Part shown: positions 34,103-46,455 of the stretch, piece by piece
How positions within the stretch are numbered: position 1 is the first letter of the stretch
How the letters are laid out: every line of letters begins with the position of its first letter
Assembly (NCBI RefSeq): GCF_032191835.1
Contig: NC_083229.1
Span: 83,018,001 to 83,082,000, forward strand
Direction: 5' to 3'
Source: Heteronotia binoei
Lineage: Eukaryota
DNA length: 64,000 nt
Program-made: the position numbers and the translations under genes
Notes under the pieces: model-generated
Seen by the model: the letters and a program-made list of their open reading frames with translations, nothing else
Database searches by the model: none
What the model was told of the DNA's origin: nothing

Positions 34103-35479
34103 TCTTGTAAGGATCTCAATTACAAAAGACTATATAAAATAGAAAGAAGATAAAACCATAACGGAGTTTGTAGTTTTGCAGTGCATAGTTTGTAGCTGGA
34201 TTCAAACTACTTTCTGCTTCTTTCCCCACTTGTCAAGAAGAATGTTCAGTACTTACTGCATGCAGCTTAAACCTGCTGCAAAGCAAGAAAGCAGCCATTT
34301 CACCATATACACTGCTGCAACATGCATCCATTCTAAGTCAGTAGAAATTGTATGAATTGCTCCTTAGAGACAACCTTTCAAATATATTCTAGTTTAATTG
34401 ATCTTTTATAAGGGTCATTTGTACTCCTAAGCAAAATAAGCTCCCTCAATTCAAAGCAGCAGCTTTTACCTTGATGCAAGACTACAGTGCTGTGTATTTC
34501 AATAACAAAAAAACTATAAATCTGCAGTTTTATTGAATAATAAACACAAGAATGTGAAATGAAGCACCATGCTTCTCATACCTGATAAATCCCTTTCTTT
34601 GATAACAGAGACATCTTCTAATATTAGAGGTCAGGTTAGAACTAGTTCTTCTTGAATTAAAGGGGTTAGATGAAATAAATTCATAATCTGTAACATGATT
34701 TCTTTTTTCCTCAGATGAAAGATGGTCTGCTCTTGAATAATGCTCAGGATCCTCTAGGGACTTAAAGATTTTCTGCATCAATTTTGTCCAGCACGTCCAA
34801 AAGCTGCCCATGTATCATCCCACTCAGATCACAGTAGATTCTCAAAGTGAATCTCAATTACGGCTTGGTCATTGGCTATGATTATGACAGATAACTTTCC
34901 ACAATACAGCTATGCAAGATCACTCAGTAGATCAATCAGTGTATTAAATAATATTCATGTACAAATACTAGAAATAAAAAGTAATTGTTACATCCTGATT
35001 ATTATAAATACTAATAACACTAAATGCTATTTATTTATTTATTCCATTTCTATCCCACCCTTTCCACAACCGTGCTTATAATCTATTTCCTATGTTGTAA
35101 ATTTTTTTAAAAAAAAAAATCAATCCCCCCCAAATATATATCACAAACTTATTTTGGATGCCTAACCTTATTATTAAATCCTAATAAATAAAACTAAAAC
35201 CTGATAAATTAACTAAATTTAGGCCAGAGTAACTTGTTCATACAAACCCCTACTCTCTGGAATGTTAGTAAACAATTATTGCTCACCTATTATCTGTTCC
35301 TTTTTTATACCATGCAATGCCTTCTCCTTTTCAGTAGGCAGTACTCTATATTATTTTGTATCAAAGTAAACAAACTAATGGTGAGCACTATCATGGGGGG
35401 GGGAATCATTTTAATGGAAACGCCAATTAATCTGGAAGGCTCAATTGAAGCATTAGAAGTATCCATGTCACCACACAGT

Positions 35480-35556
35480 TAAGAACATAAGAGAAGCCAT
35501 GTTAGATCAGGCCAATGGCCCATCCAGTCCAACACTGTGTCACACAGTGGCAAAAA

Positions 35557-35602
<46 letters not shown>

Positions 35603-35940
35603 TGTGGCTAATAGCCACTGATGGACCTATGCTCCATATTTTTATCTAAACCCCTCTTGAAGGTGGCTATGCTTGTGGCCGCCACCACCACCTCCTGTGG
35701 CAGTGAATTCCACGTGTTAATCACCCTTTGGGTGAAGAAGTACTTCCTTTTATCCATTTTAACCTGTCTGCTCAGCAATTTCATCGAATGCCCATGAATT
35801 CTTGTATTGTGAGAAAGGGAGAAAAGGACTTCTTTCGCTACTTTCTCCATCCCATGCATAGTCTTGTAAAGCTCTATCATGTCACCCCACGGTCGACGTT
35901 TCTCCAAGCTAAAGAGTCCCAAGCGTTTCAACCTTTCTTG
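35480..35940 (-). mobile_element. CR1 LINE 3' fragment with (TA)n(CA)n microsatellite
   Basis: ORF ERLKRLGLFSLEKRRPWGDMIELYK…RKYFFTQRVINTWNSLPQEVV…FKRGLD; CR1 tail cttatgttcttaac. Confidence 0.9.
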
Positions 35941-36244
35941 CTGCTGTTGCTGTAACATCAACCCTTTATTGTAATTTTGCCAATGTTGTTAAAATCGGGC
36001 ATCTAGTGTGTAGTGAGTTTTTTTGTCAATAATATTGATAATAAATTGTTTGTTTCAAAATATAGAGTAGCAAACCAAGACTTGTATCAACAGTTGTTAC
36101 TTTTATACAGGGTTTTTTTTCCCTTTTGTTGCAACAACTGGTTTATGGCAGGTACTGTATACCTGCCTTATTTGACTGCCTTATCTTATCTGACTGCCTT
36201 ATTTACTGTACCTTTGTAATCCCCACAATATTTATGTTCCTACT

Positions 36245-37240
36245 TGGTTTCAGGACAGGAACAATAGGGGTGGCCCAGGTTGCATGAGTTGCTGGCTCTA
36301 TAACTCCTTGTGCAATGAACTGACCAAGTTTTTCATCCATCTTTGGTCTCTAGGTGAAAGGAACATTCTGGGCCCTCAAACTAATAGGTGTTATGGTAGG
36401 GTGCATTTGGTGGACCTCTGTATACTCCTAATGCTTCTGTGAATATGCATAGGAAAAACTCAGATGCCAATTCTTCCAATATTCCCGGACAGATACTATG
36501 TACTCTTTGAACACTGATTCCTAAGGGTGTGGACCAGTTTCTTTCCTGTAGGCTTTTATAAATCCCTTCTGTAACTAGCAAGGGTAATGTCTGTCTGATA
36601 GATCCTTAGTGAAAATCTACATCACAGCTCCCAAGGATCTGAACAATCTGTTCATTGTAGTCACAAAAGCTGTGTAATTTAGGAGTGTAATTTAGTAGAA
36701 TGGTTCTGGAATAGCTGTGAAAAAAGTGTTGCTGTCTATGTTGGTGTCTCTGATCCCAGAGTCAACTTCCATTTCTGACCATTTATTTCTATAGAGGCAA
36801 TCGTTTCTGGACATTGCCCCTCTATAGCATGAATATGTTGAATGGAGTATAATGTTTGTACAACTTCCTCAGGGAAACCCTCCAAATTATGGGCAGTTTG
36901 GGTATCTTTTCCCTGCTCTCTTTGTTTCCTGGGATTAGCCGTTGACTGACAAACTCTTTCTATGTGACCCCCTTTTTTGGCAAGTGTGACATTTAGCATT
37001 CCTGAATCTGCATTCACTTTATTTATGCTGCCCTCCACAGTTTAAACACATCTATACATTACTTGGTTTATGTAATCCCACTGATGTAGAAGTGAGCCTC
37101 TGTATTTTCTCCTCATCTGATTCCTGTTTTTGTTGGAGAATGTGGACATCAGTAAGGTGCCTGTCAGAAACTTCTCTCCTCTTCCTCCTCTTCTTTGTAT
37201 CCTGCCATATGTTCACTGGCTCAGTAATGATGCTGTAGAA
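36245..37240 (-). mobile_element. Old Gypsy (Mag-like) gag-pro-RT remnant
   Basis: KKGGHIERVC knuckle remnant; ASIEING…; RNW…LGISV…; EALGVYRGPP; QGVIEP…WATPIVPVLK-like RT start; no LTRs recognised. Confidence 0.7.
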
Positions 37241-37249
37241 TAATAGGTA

Positions 37250-37380
37250 AAAAGGTAAAGGTAGTCCCCTGTGCAAGCACCAGTCGTTTCCGACTCTGGG
37301 GTGATGTTGCTTTCACAGCAGACTTTTTACGGGGTGGTTTGCCATTGCCTTCCCCAGTCATCTACACTTTCCACCCAGCA
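37250..37380 (-). mobile_element. Sauria SINE 3' half
   Basis: aaaggtaaaggtagtcccctgtgcaagcaccagtcgtttccgactctgggg…gtggtttgccattgccttccccag. Confidence 0.85.
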
Positions 37381-37524
37381 AAATTTACATAATATTTCTA
37401 TTATGCTCAAGCAAAATAACATCAAAATTCAGAGATGCTGATATATGAGCATCTCTGCCATTTAACCCCAGAGTTTTTTTTTCAAAATGCCAGAGCTTCT
37501 TTCAAATAACAAATTACAGTGGGC

Positions 37525-37556
37525 AGTCTTTTCAGAGCTACAGAACTCTTCATCAG
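37525..37556 (-). ncRNA. Hammerhead-like core (PLE remnant)
   Basis: Reverse complement CTGATGA-agag/ttctgtag/ctct-GAAA; stems I and III not evident. Confidence 0.35.
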
Positions 37557-38104
37557 GGTGGATGTTCTGGAAAACTTTCACACTATGTTGTGTTATTTTG
37601 CTTGAGCATAATAGAAATATTATGTGGTATTTTGTTGAAAATAAAGGGATAATAAAACTGGCACATTTAGCAGAAAAGTTGGAAACTAATTTATCCTTAG
37701 AATAATTTACAGAATTTAATCTTTTAATCCTCTGTTATACAAATCTTACTGTGGCACCCTGCTCAGGGTTACTCTCTTCTAAATCCATTGAGCTTAGAAG
37801 GTTGTAACTGTTTAGGATTGCATTACAAATAATTCAGCAGTCCTAGTTATGTAAATGCACTGTAAATCTGGAATTTGTTTTCATTTCTCAACTCCCAAAT
37901 AGCTAAATCAGTAAAGTAGCAGTTGAATTCTAAGTAGCGATAGACTTAGCCCATTGTTCCTTAGCTATGCTTCAGGTGGCACTGTAAATGGTGCATTTTA
38001 GTGTTGTGATCCATTCTTCTTCCTACTCTGAATAAGCATAACCAACCCTAATATCTCTTAGTATTAAGAAGCCATATATAGAGCTGAGGGAGGAAAGATA
38101 GCAA

Positions 38105-38210
38105 GGTATAGCCTGATCTTGTCAGGTCTTAGAAGCTAAGCAGGGTTAGTACTTTGAAGGGAGATCACCATGAAAGACTGCAGAAGAAGGCAATGGCAAA
38201 CCACCTCTCA
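38105..38210 (+). mobile_element. 5S rRNA-derived SINE (SINE3-type) fragment
   Basis: tagcctgatcttgtcaggtcttagaagctaagcagggttagtactttgaagggagatcacca (5S-like head) followed by gaaggcaatggcaaaccacctc. Confidence 0.65.
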
Positions 38211-39699
38211 TTTTACAATTTTTCCTCCCACAAAGCAGCTATTATCATCTGTTCATTTGAAATGTTCCATATCTATTTGAATATATAGCGTAACTTTAAA
38301 TCTAAAACATGGGAATATGATGAATAGTTCAGTATATTTAAATTATTTATGAAAATTGAAAGTTTCCAGTGAAATAGGTGGTTCTCTTTCCTACAATACT
38401 AATTATTTGGGAAACAGTTAAGCAGAGAAAGTGTTTTCTTCAAAACAAATAATTTAATTTCCCTAGATGCAGCCCATTATGCCTATTTGCATTACTCACA
38501 AGACATTAAGTTTCACAATGAAACGTAACACATTGTGACTAATGCATCAACCTCTGACGCACTTATTTCTCAGTTGGGTCTCATTACTTGGTATGTCAGG
38601 CATTTTTAGACCAAACTCTACCTCCACCCACATAGTCTTGGCATTACTTTGCTGTTCATTGCAATACATTTGTGACAACTTGGAAGAGATGCCATAAGCA
38701 AAACAAAAGTCCTAATTTTGGATCAGACCTCACTTGCTATCTATAACAACATCATTTAAGGCCTTTATTGATGTCTGTTCTCAGACATTTTCTAAAGATT
38801 TACAAATACCAATCTCGGGATGCAAAGAATCGTATCATACCTAAGTAATATGCAATACATCTGCCATTGAAAGAACATTCCAGCTCCCTTTATCAGCAGA
38901 GGTTTAACCCAAAGAAGATGTTCAGAGGAATAGATGTTTGACTTCAATTAAAATAGAATGGTGTAATTCTGTTTAGGATTGCACTGTAAATATCTGAGTT
39001 GAAGATTTTTCTTCAGCATCTTCCTATACTCTGAGATCAGAACCTTAGCAGATGACCATTTCTTCTAAGACACATTTACACTAAAATTGCAAACATTTTT
39101 AAAAAACACTTTTTATGTTGAAGATGTATGATTTTGTAAACACTATATCAGCTTTTTAAAAATACTGGTACTGCATACAGAAGTTAAATAATTTCCCCCT
39201 CATTCTGTACCCATAATCATACAGATGAAGATTCCCTATTGCCCCTCAAGGTCAGAATAAAGAGGCAGACACAATGCATTGGAATAAAATTGGGCCATTT
39301 TATTAAATATCAACATAAACGGCAAGGGCACCCAACCAGCGGCCTGGCCAGGGCTAAGGGTCACCGCGACCGCTCCCCTGCCATTAGCGGGTGAGAGACC
39401 CAGCCCCCCAGCCAGAGCTGAGAGACTAAGCTCCCTCCAGGCAGGCCCAGCAGGGAGGCATGCACCAGAGGGTCCAAACCCAGATGCACGTCTCGATGGA
39501 AAGGCACCTTCTAGCCGAGCCTCCAGGACGGTCTTCATTCTCCAAACCCGGGTCTCCAATCCCCAAGGTTGATCATGCCAGACCCCTAATTCCCCAAAAG
39601 GGGGATGTTTTACAGTCCTCCCCTAGCCGCATAGTGCCCTAAACCCCAAAAACCTGCCACTACTAAGGCCAAGTCTCTACTTAGGGCTTAGCGCCTACC

Positions 39700-40727
39700 G
39701 GGAGGCCCAAAGCCACCCGCAACCCTTGCTGCAAATCTCTCAGGAAAAGCATGTTACCCTTTTCTGAGAGATGTACCCCATCCCCTCTGTAGAGGTCAGG
39801 AAATTTCGAAGAAATGTCCGGATGGGGCAAATATTGGCCCAACCCCCCTTCTAACACCTTTTTAATCTCCTTATTAGCCTTATACCGGGCCCTCTCAATA
39901 GCTGCAGGGTCCCAAGCACAATTTATTTATTTATTTTATGATTTATATCCCGCCCTTCCCAACAAGTGGCTCAGGGCGGCTCACAGAAATCTGGCATAAA
40001 TAACATTTAAGCATAAAACATTAGAGTAATAATACATTTAAGTTTTAAAACATTAAACCATTTAAAATATTAGACCATTTAAAACATTTAAAACATTAGG
40101 GACAGCAGACATTCAGTGTAACTATACTCAGTTTCTTGTTTCTTGTACCAGCTAGTCATAGGCCAGCCGGAAGAGGGTTGTCTTACAGGCCCTGCGGAAC
40201 TGGGCGAGGTCCCGCAGGGCCCTCACCTCTTTCGGCAGCTGGTTCCACCAGGAGGGGGCCAGTCCCTTGTGGATTTTAAGCGGGCTTCCTTTGGCCCGGG
40301 GATAACCAGGAGATTCTGAGTTCCTGATCTCAGTACTCTCTGGGGCACATGTGGGGAGAGACGGTCCTTCAGGTAAATGGCAAACCCGGCTGGGCAGCAT
40401 GGCTGACCACATTATGATGGTCCCAGGCCATCGCTCCCTAATGTGCTGAAAGTCATCATGGGCCTGCCAAACTAAGACCTTGCCCTTTAAAAGTCCCAGA
40501 TCATTGCCTCCCAGGTGCACAATTAAAACCTGCAGAGGAGGACCCACACTATCATGAAATAACAAAGGCAGCAGGCCCGGCCACTGAAGGCCCCAGCGCC
40601 CCCGCCATTCAATACAAACATGTTGGCTGAGTCCCAGCTAAAGTTCTCCGCACCTGGTGAGCGGCCCAAAACATGGGGCTATGGCCACAGACGAAAACTC
40701 GGCTCCTCTGGTCAGGAACAACAGCAT
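39700..40727 (-). pseudogene. Ngaro A SGNH-hydrolase ORF (interrupted by L2)
   Basis: DAVVPDQRSRVFVCGHSPMFWAAHQVRR; LQVLIVHLGGNDLGLLKGK…WSAMLPSRV|L2|GAWDP…DGVHL-like; preceded by polypyrimidine-AG. Confidence 0.8.
39918..40378 (-). mobile_element. L2-clade LINE 3' fragment inserted in Ngaro A
   Basis: APSWWNQLPKEVRALRDLAQFRRACKTTLFRLAYD; tail gtgagccgccctgagccac…(aataa)n. Confidence 0.9.
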
Positions 40728-40829
40728 CTAAAGAGAAAAAACAGTTAAACAGGCCTATAACTAGTAGCAACAAATAAACAAGTAACCTAAGACGTAAGAA
40801 ACGGTCGAACATAAGACTTGTAAGCCGAA

Positions 40830-41690
40830 GAACGCCAACGGCCCAAGCGCTAAATAAAAGAGGAAGGATACCCCATGGCGGCAGCCGTCAAGGCTGCCCC
40901 AATCCTAAAGGAGTGGGTACCAAACCGCACTCCTGTCAAACCCAACTCACCTAAAGTCCGTGACGTCACTGCCCAAAACTGATGTTTCGTCAACAGGCTA
41001 CTATCATGATGGCAAAACAAAAACCCATCAACGGGCCCCCGGACTGCCAAATAAGCAGCCAATGCAGTAATTGGACACACCTCAAGCTCTGAACAACTAC
41101 CCAACTCAAGTACAACACCTTTCTGCAACTGATCCGTCTTAGGGCGACGGACAATAATTACAGCCTTATCCTCAGATAGCCTCAGATCCCTCAATAATAG
41201 AGCCTTACCAGAAACATCACTTCTGGACTGTGCCACCAGTTCGCTGACTCTCAAGGCTCCAAAAAACACCACTAAGGACGCAGCATAAAACAAATATGCT
41301 TCAAATGAAGAAGTGCACACTACATCCCAAACCCCACAGAATCAACAGAGACATAGGATCCCGCGTGTCCACTCTGGGTCCGGCCTCTCTGGCCCACCCC
41401 TCCAGCATCTTTCGAAGTCGAAAGTCTCCTCAATATAACCCAGCGCCTTACAGGCAAAAGCCAATTCTGACAGGTGCCCCTAATGGATCGAACGGCCAAT
41501 CCCTTACCTCAAAGCGAAAGGCAGTAGTGGAGCAACTGCTCCACCGGGAGGGACCAAACAATCCGATACCCTACCTCAGCCCTAAAGTCTTCAAACTGTC
41601 GCACAGGCCGTTTGTAAGACTTCCTGGTGCTGGGCGCAATGGCTAGGCCTATCGCTCTGCAGGCTTCGGCTCTCCAAGCAGCCATAGCTC
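40830..41690 (-). pseudogene. Ngaro A tyrosine recombinase
   Basis: ORF 40850-41320 contains the LRVSEL, KTDQ and HSFRIG motifs; N-terminus AIAPSTRKSY near 41640. Confidence 0.9.
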
Positions 41691-42775
41691 CTGGGGCATT
41701 GGCACCGCCTCTCTGTCGGCATCTGGGGCCAGCTGATGAAACCTCTCTGTCTGTTTATGAGAGAGAGTGTCAGCCACCCCGTTACTCACCCCAGGAACAT
41801 GTTTGGCTAAAAACAAAATATTAAGCAGCAAACAACGCAGAGTGAAAGCCCTCACCAGCCTCATAACCCGCCAGGATTTGGATGAAAGGGAATTAATGAC
41901 ATGGACTACCACCATATTACCACACCAAAAATGAACAGTGTTATTGGCCATATCCTTCCCCCACAGCCAAACTGTGACTAAAATAGGAAAGAACTCGAGA
42001 AACGTAAGATCCCGGTTCACACCTACGTTTACCCAGAAGTCGGGCCAACTATCTGCGCAACAGTGTCCGTGGAAATATACTCCAAAACCCAAAGACCCAG
42101 CAGCATCAGACATGACTTGAAGCTCAGCTTCGGGCCTCATGTCCTCTCTCCAAAAGGAGACTCCATTGAAGGACTCCAAAAATTCCTGCCAAACCCTCAA
42201 ATCATGCCTCAGGTAACACGTGTTGTATGCTGAGGCAAGCGTAACCCTGCCATAGCATCACAAAGCCTTCTGAGAAAAGCCCTCCCTGGAGCAACCACTT
42301 TGCATGCAAAGTTGAGGTGCCCCACAAGCTGTTGCAACTCCAGTAAGGTAACCTTCTTTTTAAGAAGGCAAAAATCCTAGCCCTCAACTCAACTATCTTC
42401 TGAAAAGGTACCCTAGACAGCTGTGCAACAGTATCAATCTCAATCCCAAAAAAGGTCAGTTTTTCGGCCGGACCTTCCGTTTTCTCAGGGGCCAAAGGAA
42501 ACCCAAGCTCCGCCACCAGCTCAGTAAAGCCTGACAGGAGCTGCCCACAATGCCCAGTCCCCTCGCAACCCATGAAAAGGTAGTCGTCCAAACAATGAAC
42601 AACATCCTGTAAACCTACTTTCTCCCTCACAGCCCATTCCAAAAATGTGCTGAAGCACTCGAAAGCGGAACATGATACAGAGCAGCCCATTAGCAATGCT
42701 CTAGCCATGTAAAATTGGCCTTCAAAATAAACCCCCAAAAGTTCAAAGGGTATAATGGGGGCATATATTCGGGAA
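41649..42775 (-). pseudogene. Ngaro A reverse transcriptase / RNase H
   Basis: ORF-track segments 42202-42738 and 41649-42200 joined by a frameshift. Confidence 0.9.
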
Positions 42776-42828
42776 TAGCAGTATATATCCCGTATTCAGA
42801 AATATACGGTATTCTGAATATAAGTATT

Positions 42829-43704
42829 GCTATTGCTCCTAGCACTAGAAAATCATACACAAGAGCAGTGAGCCAGTTTGAGAAGTTTAGGAGCACCGTA
42901 GGTTACAGAATGGAATGGCCTCTTTGAGTGGAGCATTTACTCCACTATTGCGTATCATTACAGCACAGGGGCCTGGCAGTTTGATCCATTCAGGGCCGGT
43001 TGTCTGCTTTGGCTTTTGCCAGTAAAGCCATGGGGTTACAAGAACTAACTAGTGATTTCCGCATTCGGAAGATGCTCGAAGGGTGAGCCAGAGAGGTCAG
43101 ACTTAGGTTGGATGCAAGGCAGCTGATTTCATCCATAATTCTTAGGGGTTTATGGTCAGTCTGGGGCCAGGTGTGTCAGTCAGAGTATGAAACACTTCTG
43201 TTTCATGCTGCCTCCCTGGTGGCATTTTTTTGGGACTCTCCGGGTGAGTGAGCTGGTAGCTCAGTCCAGAGGGGATGTTTCTGGAAGGGCCTTATTGGCC
43301 CAAGACATTCGTATTCCTGATAGAGCGGCATATATCACAGTGCATCTTCTAAGACTGACCAGTTGCAGCAAAGGAACACTATTAGTTTGGGCGCCTGTTC
43401 CGAAGGGGAACTATGTCCTGTAGCAGCTTTAATGCGCTATCTAGCTGCCCGTGGTTCTGGGGCTGGTCTGTTGTTCCGGCATGGGGACGGTAGTCCCCTG
43501 ACGAAGCATCAGTTTTGGTCTCTGACTGTCAAAGCTCTCGCCAGGCTTGGCCTGACGGGGGTTAAGTTTGGCACTCATTCTTTCTGCCTAGGGGTGGCTT
43601 CTACGGCGGCGGTTCTGGGGTACTCCCCACCATCCATTCAGAAGCTTGGTAGGTGCCGTTTCTTGGCCTATAAAGGCTATGTCCGCCCTCTGGCACTGCA
43701 GTAA
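42829..43704 (+). pseudogene. Ngaro B tyrosine recombinase
   Basis: ORF-track pieces 42715-42927, 43187-43423 and 43363-43704 with stops/frameshift. Confidence 0.9.
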
Positions 43705-43757
43705 CTGGCATCAGGTTATTGAGGGTGTGGTTATTCACTGTTTTCTTCTTTTCTCAG

Positions 43758-44336
43758 GTGCTGTTGTCCGTGGGGAGAGATGACACATCCTCATATGCGG
43801 GCATAGTTTCGTGTTCTGGGCTGCCCATAGGGCCAGGAGGACTTTGGCCGGGTCACAGCTGGGGCTCAGCAAGTGGGCTACCATAGAGTGGCATGGACGG
43901 CGGGTCTCCATTGGTTGGGCCTGTTGCCCTTGCTTTTTGAAAACGTTCATGTTTTGCCACCACATGTTGTGGTGATACATATGGGAGGAAACTATCTAGG
44001 CTTGCTCAAGGATAAAGCCCTTGTGCTGCAGGCCAAGGATGACTTTCATTAGGAGTCTTTAGCCTCAGGTTTTGATTGTGTGGTCAGCCATGATCCCGTG
44101 CCAGGTATGGTGTGGGGCAAGGGATCCACGGGTGATTGAGAGAGCTCACCGCAAAGCCAATTTAGAAATTTTAAAAAGCCCTTGAGGGAGGGTTGGGCCA
44201 CTTTCTCCCTCATCCTGGGATCTGTGCTGATTGCACGGATTTATACAGGATTGATGGCGTCCATCTTTCCAATAAGGGAAACTACCCTTTTTTGGATGAC
44301 TTAAAATTTGGGCTTCGGGAAGTGCTAGGCGTTTAG
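43758..44336 (+). pseudogene. Ngaro B SGNH-hydrolase ORF
   Basis: Begins after ttttcttcttttctcag acceptor; GAVVRGER*HILICGHS…; DGVHLSNKGNY near the 3' end. Confidence 0.75.
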
Positions 44337-44929
44337 TGGGCGCAGCTGCCTAAGCAGAGGCTTGGCCTCACGGTGGCTGGGGTTTTTGCCTAACTTCCGT
44401 TATGCAGCTCGGTGAGCACCAATAGCACCCCAGTTTGGGGGCATGGGGTCTAGCCAAATCATTCCTGGCCTGTGCAGACTAGTTGAGTGATGAAGCGGAC
44501 TGCCTCGGGTTTGCATGGATTGATCTGTCCTTCAGCCATGTGGATGGGGGCTGGAACTCCAGGGCATAACCTTTGCCAGGCCGGCCGGGTACGAGCCATG
44601 CATTTTGGCTATACCTAGGGGCAGGGTGGCTCACCCATCATGCAGCAGGGGAGGGGTATTTCGTCCCCTGGCCCTGCCATGCTGCCTGTTATCTTTATAG
44701 CCCTTGTTGTTAATTTAATAATAAAGAAAGTGGCTCTTAGTTATCCAAACCCTTACGCCCGTCTCTTCCTTCTGTCTGTGAGGGCAAACGGTATTCTGAA
44801 TATTTTGCCCCTGTATATTTCCGAATCCAAATATTTCCAATTTTTTTTTTTGCACATCCCTACCCACAACCTGAAACAATATTGGAATACCTAGCCTCGA
44901 CAAAGTTTGATAAGATTTTAACAAAGGAC

Positions 44930-45860
44930 AACTCAGATATTTTTGGATCAGCCTATTACATCTACTGAAATAAAATCAAGAACAATAAGTCCATGGGCAG
45001 AGACAGCTACCTCACAAAATTTTATAAGAAATTTTAAAATATTTTACTACAACCCCTTGTGAATATATGCAACCATGTTTACTGGTCGAATTCCTCATTC
45101 TTGGTAAGAATCCACAATGATTGTTACACATAAATCTGGAAAAGACAAACACAACCTAGCTTCCTATCAACCCATTTGAACACTTAATCACGATTTTATT
45201 AATTTTTTTCTTTTAGCAGAGAAATTAAATAAAATTATGGCAACCTACATACATGAGGATCAAGTGGATTTTACCCCAGGTTGCACACTATCCGATAATA
45301 TTATAAAGTCTCTTAATTTGATACATTTTTAGACACCGAAAAGGCTTTTGATAAATTTGAACTTTCTGGCAGTCTTGGAATACATGCAATTTGGACCCAA
45401 CTTTTTGAGATCTTTTAAAGCATTGCATTTGAATCCAATTGCTCAATTATACATTAACTAGCATAATTCAGAAACTCTATGGCTGGCAGGGGGGACCCAT
45501 TTGGGTTGCCTCTTGTCCCCTATTTTATTTGCTTTATTGTTAGAGCCCTTAGCCCACATTGTATATCAAGATCTGGATATTCAAGGAATTTTAAGAGATA
45601 CAAGGACACACAAGACAAGTTTATTTGCAGATCACATGGTTTTCTATTTAAGCAACCCTGAACTCGCTCTAAAAAAACTGAAAATGGCAATAGAATATTT
45701 TAGCCTATACTCAGGTTTTACAATTAAATATTGGACGTCAGAAATCTATCCTATTTTTTTACCTACTGAGACTAAACAACATTCTGTCAAAACACTGGGG
45801 GGGTGTCTGTTCAATTTTAAGATAACAGAGAGCCAATTAACAAAACAGGGTTCCTTAAAC
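44930..45860 (+). mobile_element. Degenerate L1-clade RT fragment
   Basis: PITSTEIK…SPxxD…FYKKF; DTEKAFD; QGCLLSPILFALLLEPLA…HKTSLFADHMVFYL…FSLYSGFTI. Confidence 0.85.
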
Positions 45861-45884
45861 TGGTAGCAAAATTATTTTACTAAT

Positions 45885-46455
45885 GCTATGATTGCATATG
45901 GAACCGGCACTCACTCCAATTAAAATATAGGCAAAGTTTATTAACAAAAGGCAAGGATAAAAGGTAAAAACAAACATGTAGGGAAAAGAATATACAGGAT
46001 ACAAAGGAACACACAAAATAACAAACCTCTCTAAACTACTCACACTTGTTCCCAGCCATTTCCTGGCTCAAGGTTGCAAAAAAGATAGCAGTATTTCAGC
46101 AGCACTGTTTTCAGTCAGTTTAGTGGAAATCCTGGAGGAATAAAAGATAAACCTCCCTTCAAAGCATTCAGATCACAGCCTTCCAGCATCATCCTCTGGG
46201 CAGAGCATCAAGCTTCTCCCTGATCTCTTTTCCTGCTTCAGTATGAATACAGCTCTCTCAGTGATGGCAATGATGTTTGTGTTGTGAATGGTCTTAACTG
46301 GGCTTCCTTTACACAAAGTCAGCTGTCATTTCCTTAATTAAACAACCTATCATTGTGCCCAGCTAATTAAACAATTGATCTTAGCTCATCTAGATCTAGA
46401 CCATCAAAGTTCGCTGTCAAAGCTAGATGGTCAACTGTCAGATAGTCAACTTGAC
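45885..46455 (-). mobile_element. Possible solo LTR
   Basis: Minus strand starts tgtcaag, has AATAAA and ends …atagca; no TSD confirmed. Confidence 0.25.

Larger units (their letters stand above)
39238..42775 (-). mobile_element. DIRS-order (Ngaro-like) retrotransposon A, 5'-truncated: RT-RNase H, tyrosine recombinase, SGNH hydrolase, 3' repeat
   Basis: RT (ALLMGCSVSCSAFE…HCLDDYL…EKTEGP), RNase H (SDAAGSLGFG…LEFFPI…NGVADTLS), YR (FFGALRVSEL…KTDQ…CP…GTHSFRIGAA), SGNH (VCGHS…HLGGNDL). Confidence 0.9.
42829..44787 (+). mobile_element. DIRS-order (Ngaro-like) retrotransposon B, 5'-truncated: tyrosine recombinase, SGNH hydrolase, 3' repeat
   Basis: AIAPSTRKSYTRAVSQFEKF…FFGTLRVSELVAQSRGD…GTHSFCLG…YKGYVRP; SGNH CGHSFVFWAAHRARR…HMGGNYL…DGVHLS; ends aataaag…tgagggcaa like copy A. 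Confidence 0.9.

Noticed and set aside
33670-34119. ORFs of 125-146 aa
   Set aside because: Artefacts of reading through the N gap.
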